NCBI GenBank assembly: GCA_046344715.1
Contig: JBKDKX010000006.1
Location: forward strand, 96,826-160,825
Length of the DNA: 64,000 nucleotides
Direction: 5' to 3'
Origin: Alphaproteobacteria bacterium
Lineage (GTDB): Bacteria > Pseudomonadota > Alphaproteobacteria > Rickettsiales > SXRF01
Position 1 is the stretch's first letter. Each line of letters opens with the position of its first letter. A program made the position numbers and the translations under genes. Shown piece after piece: positions 26,722 to 37,031 of the stretch. The notes beneath the pieces are model-generated. The model did no database searches and was not told the DNA's origin. It saw nothing but the letters and a program-made list of their open reading frames with translations.

Positions 26722-29391
26722 CTACGCAATCGCCCCATGACAATGTTTATATTTTTTTCCTGAACCGCAGGGGCATGGCTCATTGCGGCCTATCTTATCA
26801 GAGTTTGCGGGCGCATTCTGCGCTGCTTCTCCATCATCACCACCGGCCGGATCCTGGCGACTTTCGAACATTTTACGTGGTCCGCTCATCGGTGCAATGC
26901 CTTCCGGCCGCTCCACATGAATTTCAAGATGCGAGAGACGACTGATGACCAGCTCTCGCAGGTAATTCAGCATCTGCTCAAACAGTGAGAAGGCTTCCTG
27001 CTTATATTCATTGAGCGGATCACGCTGGCCATAGCCTCGCAGATGGATACCCTGACGCAGATGGTCAAGCGACAGCAGATGATCTTTCCACAATTGATCG
27101 AGCGTTTGCAGCAACACACGTTTTTCTGCCATGCGCATCAGTGGCGCGCCATATTTCTCTTCTTTGCTCACAAAATGTGCAGCTGTTTCTTTGTTCAGGC
27201 GTTCGAGAATTTCGGCATCAGCGATGCCCTCTTCTTTCGCCCATTCAATCACAGGAAGTTGCAGGCCGTATACGCGGTATACTTCCTTCTGCAAATCCTC
27301 AGTTGACCATTCTTCCGCATAGGATTTTGCAGGAATGTGCGCAGACACATAATTGCCATTTATTTCTTCGCGCATTTCAGTGATGGTATCAGCCACTTCT
27401 TCTGCTTCCATCAGCTCAATGCGCTGCTCGTAAATCACCTTACGCTGATCGTTCATCACGTCGTCATATTTCAGCAGGTTTTTGCGAATTTCGTAGTTGC
27501 GGGCTTCCACTTTCTGTTGCGCGCGCTCAATGGCGCGGTTCATCCAAGGATGGAAAATCGCTTCGTCTTCCTTCATGCCAAGTTTCTGCAGCAAGCCATC
27601 AATGCGCTCTGAACCGAAAATACGCATGAGGTCATCTTCCAGCGACAGGAAAAATTTAGATGCACCCGGATCACCCTGACGACCGGAACGGCCACGCAAC
27701 TGGTTATCAATGCGGCGTGACTCATGCCGCTCAGTGCCTATAACATACAGCCCACCAGCAGTAAGTACCTGCTGTTTGGCTTCTGCCACTTCACTGCGTA
27801 TTGCAAGAATTTTTGCTTCTTTTTCTGCGCCATCCGCCATATCGGCGATGTCTTTGGCCACGCGCATCTCCGGATTACCGCCGAGCATAATGTCGGTGCC
27901 GCGGCCAGCCATGTTGGTGGCGATAGTCACCGCGCCCGGACGTCCCGCCTGTGCGATAATATAGGCTTCCTGCTCATGGTAGCGTGCGTTTAGCACCTGA
28001 TGTTTGATTTTTTCCTTGGTGAGCAGCTTGGAGAGATATTCCGATTTTTCAATAGAAACTGTACCCACCAGTACCGGCTGGTTGCGCTCATAGGCTTCCT
28101 TGATTTCGCGAATCACCGCGCGGTATTTTTCAGCAGCGGTGCGATAGATTTCATCGTGATGATCGATACGAAGCACATTGACGTTGGTTGGAATTTCAAT
28201 CACTTCCAACTTATAAATATCGTGGAACTCCCCCGCTTCGGTCATCGCCGTACCGGTCATACCCGCCAGCTTCGGATACATGCGGAAATAATTCTGGAAG
28301 GTGATGGAGGCCAGCGTTTGGTTTTCGTTTTGAATTTTCACCTGTTCTTTGGCTTCCAGTGCCTGATGCAAGCCTTCGGAATAGCGCCTTCCTTCCATCA
28401 TGCGGCCAGTGAATTCATCAATAATGATAACCTTGTTATCCTTCACGATGTAATCCACATCTTTAGAGAAAATCACATGCGCCTTCAGCGCCTGATTGGC
28501 ATGATGCACCAGCGACACATTGCCAATATCATAAAGCGATGTGCCCTCAGGCAACATGCCAGCAGCCTCCATAATCGCTTCGACATGGCGTGTACCCGCT
28601 TCTGTTAAGGTCACAGAACGATGCTTTTCGTCTTTCTCATAATCTTCCGGTTTTACCTGACGGATAATTTTATCTACCTGATTGTACAGCTCGGAATTAT
28701 CTTCCGTTGGCCCTGAGATAATGAGTGGTGTACGCGCTTCATCGATTAAAATAGAATCCACCTCATCAACGATGGCATAATGAAACGGGCGATGCACCAT
28801 CTGTTCGCGCACGAATTTCATGTTATCGCGCAGATAATCAAAGCCTAATTCATTGTTGGTGGCGTAGGTAATGTCGCAATTATACTGCGCCTGACGTTCA
28901 TCATCTTCCAGCCCGTGCACAATACAACCCACCGTAAGGCCAAGGAAGGTATAAATCTTGCCCATCCACTCCGCGTCGCGTTTGGCAAGATAATCATTTA
29001 CCGTTACCACATGCACACCTTTTGCAGGAAGCGCATTAAGATAGGCAGCCAAGGTAGATACCAGCGTTTTACCTTCGCCGGTTTTCATTTCAGAAATCAT
29101 GCCTTTATGCAGCACCATGCCACCGACCAACTGCACATCGAAATGGCGCATGTTGAGCACGCGCTTGCCTGCCTCACGCACGGTGGCAAATGCATCTACC
29201 AGCAGATCATCCAGCGTCTCGCCACCCGCCAAACGCTCACGGAGCCATGTGGTGCGGCCACGCAATTCATCATCTGAAAGACGCTGCATCTGCGGCTCAA
29301 GCGCATTGATTTGCTGCACCTTTGCCTGCAGGGATTTTACGAAACGGTCATTGGCTGAACCGAAGATTTTCTTGGCGATATTTGATAGCAT
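26722..29391 (-). CDS. secA: Preprotein translocase ATPase
   Basis: [41 protein letters not shown], and the C-terminal zinc motif [14 protein letters not shown]. The start is moved to ATG 29391; the track's 22 extra codons are unsupported. Confidence 0.9.
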   Translation of the reverse strand: MLSNIAKKIFGSANDRFVKSLQAKVQQINALEPQMQRLSDDELRGRTTWLRERLAGGETLDDLLVDAFATVREAGKRVLNMRHFDVQLVGGMVLHKGMISEMKTGEGKTLVSTLAAYLNALPAKGVHVVTVNDYLAKRDAEWMGKIYTFLGLTVGCIVHGLEDDERQAQYNCDITYATNNELGFDYLRDNMKFVREQMVHRPFHYAIVDEVDSILIDEARTPLIISGPTEDNSELYNQVDKIIRQVKPEDYEKDEKHRSVTLTEAGTRHVEAIMEAAGMLPEGTSLYDIGNVSLVHHANQALKAHVIFSKDVDYIVKDNKVIIIDEFTGRMMEGRRYSEGLHQALEAKEQVKIQNENQTLASITFQNYFRMYPKLAGMTGTAMTEAGEFHDIYKLEVIEIPTNVNVLRIDHHDEIYRTAAEKYRAVIREIKEAYERNQPVLVGTVSIEKSEYLSKLLTKEKIKHQVLNARYHEQEAYIIAQAGRPGAVTIATNMAGRGTDIMLGGNPEMRVAKDIADMADGAEKEAKILAIRSEVAEAKQQVLTAGGLYVIGTERHESRRIDNQLRGRSGRQGDPGASKFFLSLEDDLMRIFGSERIDGLLQKLGMKEDEAIFHPWMNRAIERAQQKVEARNYEIRKNLLKYDDVMNDQRKVIYEQRIELMEAEEVADTITEMREEINGNYVSAHIPAKSYAEEWSTEDLQKEVYRVYGLQLPVIEWAKEEGIADAEILERLNKETAAHFVSKEEKYGAPLMRMAEKRVLLQTLDQLWKDHLLSLDHLRQGIHLRGYGQRDPLNEYKQEAFSLFEQMLNYLRELVISRLSHLEIHVERPEGIAPMSGPRKMFESRQDPAGGDDGEAAQNAPANSDKIGRNEPCPCGSGKKYKHCHGAIA

Positions 29392-29531
29392 AAAACAATG
29401 ATAATTTACGGTGAAAGAGAGATAATGCCTAAAAGCTCGTAAGTCAATGGTAGCCACTACTACTTCCTTGCAAACTGTTGGTTTTTGATTATAACCTCAA
29501 ATACAAACATGACAGCCATGGAGCACACGCA

Positions 29532-29909
29532 ATGAAAAAATTAGCAATTTCTTCCTCAATAATTGCATTATTTCTGATGCTTGCCGGATGCGGACCGACA
29601 ATATCTTACACTGATACTGAGCTCGAAGCTATGCTACCTAAGGAAGCCCTTACAAAGGGAGGATTTAATAAGAGCTTTCTAATTATGTCAATGCGCACAT
29701 GTTTGCTTGATGCCAAGTATATAAAATTAAATGACAATGAAGCAAAAACCTTCTGTCAATGTACGATAAAGGGCAACACAGAGGAGTTTACCCTTGAGGA
29801 AGTAATGTACATGGGCACTGCTGTTGAAACAAATAATCAGATTCCGGATAATCTTGTAAAAAAGCACGCAAATGTTGCAGCCCGCTGCATGCGGTTGATT
29901 TCTAATTAG
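29532..29909 (+). CDS. Small lipoprotein, function unknown
   Basis: MKKLAISSSIIALFLMLAGC lipobox. ATG at 29532 rather than the track's 29478. Confidence 0.55.
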   Translation: MKKLAISSSIIALFLMLAGCGPTISYTDTELEAMLPKEALTKGGFNKSFLIMSMRTCLLDAKYIKLNDNEAKTFCQCTIKGNTEEFTLEEVMYMGTAVETNNQIPDNLVKKHANVAARCMRLISN

Positions 29910-29943
29910 CCTATATTTTTAACCCTATTTCTTGGATATTATT

Positions 29944-30903
29944 ATGATCTCAAAAAATATTTTCACCGCTATTTTTCTTACCGGTACAATACTCGCTTCG
30001 CCATCTTTTGCACAAGAAGCACCTGAAACTGCTGCCGAAAAACCCGCTGAAGCAGCGGCAGCTCCCGTAGCGGCAAAACCTGCAGCCTCTGCACAAAGCA
30101 GCGATTTTACGATCATCAAAATAGGCAGCGACGAAATTAAAAATTCCGAGGTGCAGGATGTATGGAAAAACCTGTTTACTGGCGATACTGCTCCTGATTT
30201 CGCGAGCTTTGATGAAAATATCCGCCAGAATGTGCTGCGCGGTATGGTGTCAGAACGTTTAATTGCACAGGAAGCTGTAAAAGCTGGTTATGATAAAAAT
30301 GCAGAAGTACTGAAGAAAATTGAAGCGATGAAGCAACAGGTTGTCATGCAGAGCTTTATTGAAGATAAAGCAAAAAATCTGGTGGCTGAAAAAGACGTAA
30401 AAGCACTCTATAACCAGAAGGCCAAAGAGGCTAAAGGTCTGGAAGAAGTGAAAGCCCGTCATATTTTAGTGGCGAACGAAGATGAGGCAAAAAAAATCGC
30501 TGAAGAAATTAAAAAAGGTGGTGATTTTGATAAAATCGCCAAAGAAAAATCTACCGATAAAGGATCAGGAGCACAGGGTGGTGATCTGGGCTGGTTCTCT
30601 AAGGAACGTATGGTGCCGGAATTTGCTGATGCTGCCTTCAAGCTGAAAAAAGGCGAAGTATCAGAACCAGTAAAATCTGCATTCGGCTGGCATATCATCA
30701 AGCTGGAAGACCGTCGCCCGCTGGCATTTGCAAGCTATGATGATATGAAAGAAAGTCTGCAGGCAGAACTCACCAATAAATCAGTTCAGACCTATGTAGA
30801 AGGCTTGCTCAAAAAAGCTGATATTAAATATTATGGCGCCGATGGCAGCGAAAAACCATTCTCCCGCAGCCTGGCACCTGCTGCTGGCGGTGAGAAGCAG
30901 TAA
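29944..30903 (+). CDS. Parvulin-type peptidyl-prolyl isomerase (SurA/PrsA-like, periplasmic)
   Basis: Signal peptide, then the PpiC domain VKARHILV...FDKIAKEKSTDKGSGAQGGDLGWFSKERMVPEFADAAF...SAFGWHIIKLEDRR. ATG 29944 is preferred over TTG 29932. Confidence 0.8.
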   Translation: MISKNIFTAIFLTGTILASPSFAQEAPETAAEKPAEAAAAPVAAKPAASAQSSDFTIIKIGSDEIKNSEVQDVWKNLFTGDTAPDFASFDENIRQNVLRGMVSERLIAQEAVKAGYDKNAEVLKKIEAMKQQVVMQSFIEDKAKNLVAEKDVKALYNQKAKEAKGLEEVKARHILVANEDEAKKIAEEIKKGGDFDKIAKEKSTDKGSGAQGGDLGWFSKERMVPEFADAAFKLKKGEVSEPVKSAFGWHIIKLEDRRPLAFASYDDMKESLQAELTNKSVQTYVEGLLKKADIKYYGADGSEKPFSRSLAPAAGGEKQ

Positions 30904-30914
30904 GTAATACTACT

Positions 30915-30997
30915 CGTCATTCCGAGGAGCATTAGCGACGAAGCAATCCAGTACACCACCTAACCAACTGGATTGCTTCGCTTCGCTCGCAATGACG
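30915..30997. repeat. Palindromic intergenic element of about 83 bp (family 2, cgtcatt...aatgacg)
   Basis: Left arm cgtcattccgaggagcattagcgacgaagcaatccag. The right arm ctggattgcttcgcttcgctcgcaatgacg is the reverse complement of cgtcattgcgagcgaagcgaagcaatccag. A second copy in the opposite orientation lies at 44302-44381. Confidence 0.7.
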
Positions 30998-31022
30998 AAT
31001 TAATAATGATGGAAAATACCTA

Positions 31023-32258
31023 GTGCCTGAACTTAGCCCCTCCCCCTTCACTCCCGCACATTACCTAACACTTTCGCCCATCGCTGGCGTAACGCTGGCA
31101 ACCGCTGCTTGTGGCATTCGTTATGCAAACCGTACGGATGTGTTGCTTGTGCATCTGGATGAAGGCACGCAGGCCGCCGGGGTATTTACCAAATCACTCA
31201 CAGCATCTGCCTCTGTGCTTGCCTGCCGCGAATCTCTGAAATCAGGCAGCGCTAGGGTGCTGGTAGTAAATTCTGGCAACTCCAATGCTTTTACAGGAAA
31301 ATCCGGCGAAGCATCGGTGAACCGCATTCTTGAAGCTGCGGCGAAAGAATTCTCCTGCAAGCCAGCCGAAATATTCACTGCATCCACCGGTGTCATTGGC
31401 GAAAAATTGCCAGACCACAAAATCACCGATGCACTTCCTACCATAAAACAATCGCTTGCTGCTAACAGCTGGAACGAAGCCGCACGCGCCATAATGACCA
31501 CCGATACCTACCCGAAGATGGCAACTGCCAGCACCGATATTGGCGGCAAAAAAATTACCATCAACGGCATTGCCAAAGGCTCTGGCATGATAGCGCCAGA
31601 CATGGCAACTATGCTGGCCTTCGTATTTACGGATGCCAATATTCCAGCACCTATATTGCAGGAGTTGTTAGCCACCGCCAATGAATCCACCTTCAATTGC
31701 ATCAGCGTGGATGGTGACACCTCCACCAGCGATACGTTGCTGTTATTCGCCACAGGGAAAGCAGAAAATGCTGCACCAAAGTCAGCATCTGACCCTGCGC
31801 TTGCCGCATTTGCCATCGCGCTGCATGGCGTGCTGCATGAACTCGCACAACATGTAGTAAAAGACGGCGAAGGCGCAGAAAAATTAGTGACGATTACCGT
31901 TTCCGGCGCCGCCACAGAAATGGCTGCCAAACGCATCGGCATGAGTATCGCCAATTCGCCGCTGGTGAAAACCGCACTCGCTGCATCGGATGCCAACTGG
32001 GGGCGCATCGTGATGGCAGTGGGCAAAGCGGGCGAACGCGCCGACCGCGACCGGCTAGCCATAAAAATTGGCGGCGTGGTGGTGGCAGAATATGGCGAAG
32101 CCGCACCTGATTACAAAGAATCCCTCATCAGCGAACATATGCAGGGGCGCCACATAGATATTCAGGTGGATGTTGGCGTGGGCAACTGCAAAGCCACAGT
32201 ATGGACGTGCGACCTCACCCATCGTTATATAGATATCAATGGGAGTTACCGTACCTAG
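31023..32258 (+). CDS. argJ: Bifunctional glutamate N-acetyltransferase / amino-acid acetyltransferase
   Basis: 411 aa with a GTG start. AKGSGMIAPDMATMLAFVFTDA (autocleavage-site TML), SVDGDTSTSDT, ANWGRIVMAVG, and C-terminal INGSYRT. Confidence 0.88.
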   Translation: MPELSPSPFTPAHYLTLSPIAGVTLATAACGIRYANRTDVLLVHLDEGTQAAGVFTKSLTASASVLACRESLKSGSARVLVVNSGNSNAFTGKSGEASVNRILEAAAKEFSCKPAEIFTASTGVIGEKLPDHKITDALPTIKQSLAANSWNEAARAIMTTDTYPKMATASTDIGGKKITINGIAKGSGMIAPDMATMLAFVFTDANIPAPILQELLATANESTFNCISVDGDTSTSDTLLLFATGKAENAAPKSASDPALAAFAIALHGVLHELAQHVVKDGEGAEKLVTITVSGAATEMAAKRIGMSIANSPLVKTALAASDANWGRIVMAVGKAGERADRDRLAIKIGGVVVAEYGEAAPDYKESLISEHMQGRHIDIQVDVGVGNCKATVWTCDLTHRYIDINGSYRT

Positions 32259-32264
32259 TTGATT

Positions 32265-32291
32265 TGTCATTGGTCATGTGTCATTGGTCAT
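32265..32291 (+). repeat. Tandem 13-mer tgtcattggtcat (x2) in the mutT leader, complementary to the mutT start region
   Basis: Copies at 32265-32277 and 32279-32291. The reverse complement of atgactcatgaca (32314-32326) is tgtcatgagtcat, matching 11 of 13 positions. Confidence 0.7.
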
Positions 32292-32313
32292 TGGCAAATA
32301 AGGATTACTACTC

Positions 32314-32745
32314 ATGACTCATGACAAAAAACCAAAGACTCTCCTCGTAGTCGCCGCTGCACTGATAAATGATAATGATGAGGTGCTGCTGGCACAACGT
32401 CCCGAAGGCAAGCGCCTTGCCGGAAAATGGGAATTTCCCGGCGGCAAGGTGGAAGAAGGTGAATCGCCGGAAGGTGCACTGGTGCGCGAACTGCGCGAGG
32501 AATTGGGCATTGAGGTGGAGGCAGATGATTTAGAGCCTTTCTGGTTTTTATCACATGATTACAGCAAGGAATTTGGCTTTCATCTGTTGATGCCGGTCTA
32601 TACCTGCACCATCTGGCAGGGCGAACCCAAGCCACTGTTCCATAATGCCCTGATGTGGGAACTCCCGCGCGAAATGCATAATGTCGATATGATCGAGGCG
32701 GATGCGGAGCTGGTGGAACGGCTGGCGCACGCGCTGGACGACTAA
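32314..32745 (+). CDS. mutT: NUDIX hydrolase, MutT-like (8-oxo-dGTP diphosphatase type)
   Basis: 143 aa. NUDIX box GKWEFPGGKVEEGESPEGALVRELREELGIEV. Confidence 0.8.
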   Translation: MTHDKKPKTLLVVAAALINDNDEVLLAQRPEGKRLAGKWEFPGGKVEEGESPEGALVRELREELGIEVEADDLEPFWFLSHDYSKEFGFHLLMPVYTCTIWQGEPKPLFHNALMWELPREMHNVDMIEADAELVERLAHALDD

Positions 32746-33542
32746 TCCCGCCACGCCGTCATCGTCACCAGTTCGAAGGTGGCGTTAATACGTTCTGACT
32801 CGTTCAGAAAATTCCGCATATAATGATCGGCCATGGTCATCACCACAGAGCATGGCGTGAGGTTTTTTTGGCTGTGGATAAGTGCATTGGTTTCCCCCAT
32901 CGCACGCAGTTCTTTCAATAGCTTAAGCGGATGTTCATATTCCACATTCAGCAGCTCGGTATCAATCACCGGATGCGAAAATCCTGCCCGCGTAAGAAGG
33001 CTTCCCACCTCTCTTGCATCGACAAAAGGGGATATGCGTGGGCTGATGCCACCGCTGATTTCCATTTCTGCTTTCTCGAATGATTGCCTTAGTTCTTTAA
33101 GCGTTTCGCCACCCGGTATTATGGCAATAAATGCCCCACCCGGTTTAAGTACGCGGCGAATCTGCACCAGTGCCCCAGGTAAGTCATTGACCCACTGCAA
33201 AGATCCAATAGTTATGCACATGTCAAAGCTGTTTTCTGCAAACGGTATAAGTTCTTCATCGGCCACCACGCGCAGGCCGGAGGCTTTTGAAAGCATGCCA
33301 TAGGACAAATCCGTCTGCACCAGTATTCCAATATCACTCCTGCCCGTCAGTTTTTTTGCCAGTGTGCCCGCATGCGCACCTACATCCAGCACCATTGGAA
33401 ATTTTTTATTCAGCTCATCCAGCCGCTCACACACGCGCTGCGCCATTTCCTTAAGCAGGAAATCATCACCGCCCAAGCGTACAGCGCGTTCACGGTGCAG
33501 GCGCACACGTTTGCGATTGAAGATAATAGGATCATTGGTCAT
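32742..33542 (-). CDS. Class I SAM-dependent methyltransferase
   Basis: 266 aa. Motif I VLDVGAHAGTLAKKL and post-I VQTDLS, then LKPGGAFIA. Its stop overlaps the mutT stop. Confidence 0.7.
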   Translation of the reverse strand: MTNDPIIFNRKRVRLHRERAVRLGGDDFLLKEMAQRVCERLDELNKKFPMVLDVGAHAGTLAKKLTGRSDIGILVQTDLSYGMLSKASGLRVVADEELIPFAENSFDMCITIGSLQWVNDLPGALVQIRRVLKPGGAFIAIIPGGETLKELRQSFEKAEMEISGGISPRISPFVDAREVGSLLTRAGFSHPVIDTELLNVEYEHPLKLLKELRAMGETNALIHSQKNLTPCSVVMTMADHYMRNFLNESERINATFELVTMTAWRD

Positions 33543-33587
33543 AGAATGGGTTTTAGCTGCCAGATATTAGATGTTAGGGTTATACTG

Positions 33588-33615
33588 CTAAAACCTAAAA
33601 CCTAAAACCTAAAAC
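33588..33615. repeat. Heptamer tandem repeat (ctaaaac)x4 in a divergent promoter region
   Basis: ctaaaac ctaaaac ctaaaac ctaaaac sits immediately 5' of the comF-family ATG (33618) and 46 nt from the divergent methyltransferase start (33542). Confidence 0.8.
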
Positions 33616-33617
33616 CC

Positions 33618-34316
33618 ATGCTCCTTGACTTCATTTTCCCACCCCAATGCCTGATTTGCCGCAGCCGCGTCGATGCGCACGGCACGCTCTGCCTTGAATG
33701 CTGGAAAAATGTGCATTTCATTACAGAGCCTTACTGCGCCTGCTGCGGCCTGCCCTTTGATTTTGCCATCGGTGAAAATGCGCTCTGCGGCGAATGTATT
33801 CAGCAGCGGCCTAGCTATTCGCGCGCACGCTCAGCCTTTAAGTATGATGATAGCAGCAGCAAACTGGTGACTTCCCTTAAATTTGGTGACCAATTGCACT
33901 TAGCATCTATATATGGGGCATGGCTGGCCAAGGCGGGGCAGGAATTGATTGCCAACAGCGACCTTATCGTGCCAGTCCCCCTGCATTGGAAGCGCTTTGC
34001 CAGCCGGAAATACAACCAGTCCGCGCTGCTGGCCTATGCGCTTGCCAAACATACGCGCCTTCCCGTGCTGCCAGATGCCCTAAAACGTATCAAACCGACA
34101 CAACCACAAACCGGACTCACGCGCAGCGAACGAGAAAAAAATGTTCGCGCTGCATTTGAAGCAAATGCAAAATATACGGATAAGATAAAAGGTAAGTCAT
34201 TGTTACTTATTGATGACGTGATGACCACCGGTGCCACCATCGAACAATGCACAAAAACATTGCTGAAAAATAATGCGGCACATGTAAACGTGCTGACAAT
34301 CGCGCGAAAAATATAA
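33618..34316 (+). CDS. ComF-family phosphoribosyltransferase-like protein
   Basis: N-terminal Cys pairs CLICRS..CLECW..CACCG..CGEC, and the C-terminal PRT motif LLLIDDVMTTGATIEQC. Confidence 0.8.
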   Translation: MLLDFIFPPQCLICRSRVDAHGTLCLECWKNVHFITEPYCACCGLPFDFAIGENALCGECIQQRPSYSRARSAFKYDDSSSKLVTSLKFGDQLHLASIYGAWLAKAGQELIANSDLIVPVPLHWKRFASRKYNQSALLAYALAKHTRLPVLPDALKRIKPTQPQTGLTRSEREKNVRAAFEANAKYTDKIKGKSLLLIDDVMTTGATIEQCTKTLLKNNAAHVNVLTIARKI

Positions 34317-34405
34317 TCAAAAAATTTAGAACAAAATTAACGTCTCTACGATAATCTGAAGTTAATTCCAATGACAAAAAAAATATCGCAACACGGGAGC
34401 AGTCC

Positions 34406-35179
34406 ATGAAAGGATACTTCAGTAAAGTACTTGCCACTCTATTTTTTGCCTTTGCAGCATTTTCTGCTTCGGCACAACCAGCAAAAACCATCACCATCGC
34501 CGCTGATGAATGGTGCCCGATTAATTGCGCCCCAAACAGTAAAGAAGAAGGCATCGGTATTGATCTTGCGCGCAAGGTTTTCGAACCGTTGGGATATAAA
34601 GTTGAATATAAAATTATGCCATGGGCAGAAGCACTGAAGCAAGTGCGCGAGGGCAAAGTACATGCCGTTGTCGGTGCCAGTAGAAGTGATGATAAAACCC
34701 TGATATTCCCTGATAACGCAATTACAGAAATTGTCGATGGTTTTTATGTACGCGCAGGAAGCCCATGGCGTTATCAAGGCGTACATACGCTTAAAAACAA
34801 GCGTATTGGAATTATAGAAGATTATGGCTACGGCGAAATAGTAACCAGTTTCATCAAGAAAAACCAATACACTGCCGGAGCACTCCACATAGCAAAAGGC
34901 AAAACACCCCTTCAAGACAACATCAAGCAACTGCTGGATGCAAAAATTGATGTCCTCGTCGAAAGCAGAATTGTGATGGATTACACGCTAAAAACCTCCA
35001 ATCTTTCCGACAAAATTTTATTAGCAGGCAGTGTGCCGCAGGATCATGTGTATCTGGCCTTCTCGCCTGCCCTGCCGCAATCCAAAGCACTTGCCGCGCA
35101 GTATGACACCGCCATCCGCAGCATGAAAACCAGTGGTGCGCTTAAGCGGATGTATGGCAAATATGGGTTAGTGCCTTAA
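34406..35179 (+). CDS. Periplasmic substrate-binding protein (family 3 SBP-like)
   Basis: 257 aa. Signal peptide ..AAFSASAQP, then TITIAADEWCPINC...GIDLARKVFEPLGYKVEY, typical of polar amino-acid-type SBPs. No permease or ATPase gene is adjacent. Confidence 0.6.
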   Translation: MKGYFSKVLATLFFAFAAFSASAQPAKTITIAADEWCPINCAPNSKEEGIGIDLARKVFEPLGYKVEYKIMPWAEALKQVREGKVHAVVGASRSDDKTLIFPDNAITEIVDGFYVRAGSPWRYQGVHTLKNKRIGIIEDYGYGEIVTSFIKKNQYTAGALHIAKGKTPLQDNIKQLLDAKIDVLVESRIVMDYTLKTSNLSDKILLAGSVPQDHVYLAFSPALPQSKALAAQYDTAIRSMKTSGALKRMYGKYGLVP

Positions 35180-35237
35180 TAAAACTGCTAAGCCAGCAGC
35201 CAATTACTATGAGTGCAGCAGCACGAATCAGCCATGA

Positions 35238-35281
35238 GCGCCGCGAAGCGGCGCGCTATGTGAAAGTCAGCAGACTTTCAC
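35238..35281. terminator. Two hairpins between convergent genes
   Basis: gcgccgc-gaa-gcggcgc (35238-35254) and gtgaaagtc-agca-gactttcac (35260-35281). Confidence 0.5.
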
Positions 35282-35288
35282 GGGCGCA

Positions 35289-37025
35289 TTATATGTTAAA
35301 ATACTTCGCCTGCGGATGATGCACTACAATGGCGGATGTTGACGCTTCCGGATGTAGCTGGAATTCATCCGACAGTTCGATGCCGATTTTATCTGCACCA
35401 AGCAATGTAAGCAAAATTTTCTGGTCTTCAAGGCGCGGACATGCAGGATAGCCGAACGAATAACGGCTGCCGCGATAACCCTGCTTCACCAGCTTTTTCA
35501 TGTCGCGCTCATCTTCATGGCCAAAGCCAAGCTCGGAGCGAATGCGTTTATGGATATATTCGGCGAGTCCTTCCGCCATCTCCACACCCAACCCGTGCAG
35601 GTATAAATAATCCTGGTAACGGTTATTGGCAAACCATTCGCGGCCAATATCCGCCACGCGCTGGCCGGCGGTTACCACCTGCATACCAATTACATCGCGT
35701 TCACCTGCATCTACATCGCGGAAAAAATCAGCAACACAGATGCCTCCATCCTTATCCTGCCGCGGAAGGTTGAAGCGGCCAATTTCCTTGCTGCCTGACT
35801 CATCAAACAAAATCACATCATTGCCCTGCGATGCGCATTTGAAATAGCCGTACGCCGCTTTGGGCTGGATGATGTTATCCTTCTCGGATTCCGAGAGCAG
35901 CCGCACTAAAATAGGCTTCACATCTGTTTCCACCCACTTCCAGTATTCCTCCAGCGACTTGCCGGATTTTTTGAAGCCCCAGTGGAACGTGTACAGCATC
36001 TGCTCATTGAGATAGGGCACAAGCGCGCGCATCGGCACGTTATCAATAACACGTGCACCCCAGAAAGGTGGTGTTGGCACTGACGTTTGTTTCGCCAGCT
36101 CTTCGCGCTTCAATTTTATCGCTTCCAGTTCCACAGGCCGCAGTTCCACCGCTGGCTTTGCTTCATGATTCGCCCAACGTTGTTTAGCTTTTGACGGCGC
36201 TGGCCGGTTATGCTTGCGGTTTTTGACTTCCTGCAAATAGGCATCAAATTGACCGGAGGCAATTTTATTCATGAGGTCGAGCCCATCAAACGCATCTTGT
36301 GCATAAGCCACACGCCCTGGGCCGTAAGCGCTCATGCAGTCTTCTTCCACATAGGCACGCGTGAGCGCAGCACCACCCAGCAGCACCGGCACATCATACC
36401 CAAGCTGCGTTAGTTCTTCCAGATTCTCGCGCATGATGACGGTGGATTTAACGAGCAATCCCGAAAGCCCAACCGCATCCGGTTTGTGCTGCTTTATGGC
36501 TTCCACAATATTGGAAATGGGCTGCTTGATGCCTAGATTCAGCACTTTGTAGCCATTATTGGTGAGGATGATATCCACGAGGTTCTTCCCGATATCATGC
36601 ACGTCGCCTTTCACTGTGGCCAGCACGATTACGCCTTTTTCTTGCCCCTCAACCTTTTCCATAAATTGCTCTAAATAAGCCACGGCCTTTTTCATCGTCT
36701 CTGCCGATTGCAGAACGAATGGCAACTGCATCTTGCCCGCACCAAAAAGCTCACCCACAACTTTCATGCCTTCAAGCAATATGTTGTTAATGATTGCAAG
36801 CGGTGCATGTGTCTTCATCGCTTCTGCCAGATCTTCTTCCAGCCCTTTTTTATCACCATCAATAATGCGTTCTTTCAGCACTTCTTCGATGGTATCGGCA
36901 CGCTCTTTTTTCTTTGCCGCCTCACCGGTGCGCCCTTCAAACAGCGCGATAAAATACTGCAGCGGATCATATGGGTCATCCGGGGTGCCTAGGGGTTTCT
37001 TGGGGATATTGGGGTTTTCGGTCAT
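35289..37025 (-). CDS. metH: Methionine synthase, C-terminal part (B12 cap, cobalamin-binding and AdoMet-reactivation modules)
   Basis: 578 aa. Cap helix bundle, the cobalamin motif GDVHDIGKN...LSGLL, then an activation-domain-like C-terminal half (..RPGYPACP-like FGYPACPRLEDQ). Confidence 0.85.
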   Translation of the reverse strand: MTENPNIPKKPLGTPDDPYDPLQYFIALFEGRTGEAAKKKERADTIEEVLKERIIDGDKKGLEEDLAEAMKTHAPLAIINNILLEGMKVVGELFGAGKMQLPFVLQSAETMKKAVAYLEQFMEKVEGQEKGVIVLATVKGDVHDIGKNLVDIILTNNGYKVLNLGIKQPISNIVEAIKQHKPDAVGLSGLLVKSTVIMRENLEELTQLGYDVPVLLGGAALTRAYVEEDCMSAYGPGRVAYAQDAFDGLDLMNKIASGQFDAYLQEVKNRKHNRPAPSKAKQRWANHEAKPAVELRPVELEAIKLKREELAKQTSVPTPPFWGARVIDNVPMRALVPYLNEQMLYTFHWGFKKSGKSLEEYWKWVETDVKPILVRLLSESEKDNIIQPKAAYGYFKCASQGNDVILFDESGSKEIGRFNLPRQDKDGGICVADFFRDVDAGERDVIGMQVVTAGQRVADIGREWFANNRYQDYLYLHGLGVEMAEGLAEYIHKRIRSELGFGHEDERDMKKLVKQGYRGSRYSFGYPACPRLEDQKILLTLLGADKIGIELSDEFQLHPEASTSAIVVHHPQAKYFNI

Positions 37026-37031
37026 GCTTGC

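Noticed and set aside
32265-33615. CRISPR-like or telomere-like arrays: the 13-mer x2 at 32265 and the CTAAAAC x4 at 33588
   Set aside because: The repeats are far too short and too few, and they have no spacers. The resemblance of the heptamer to eukaryotic telomere repeats is superficial, and the context is clearly bacterial.
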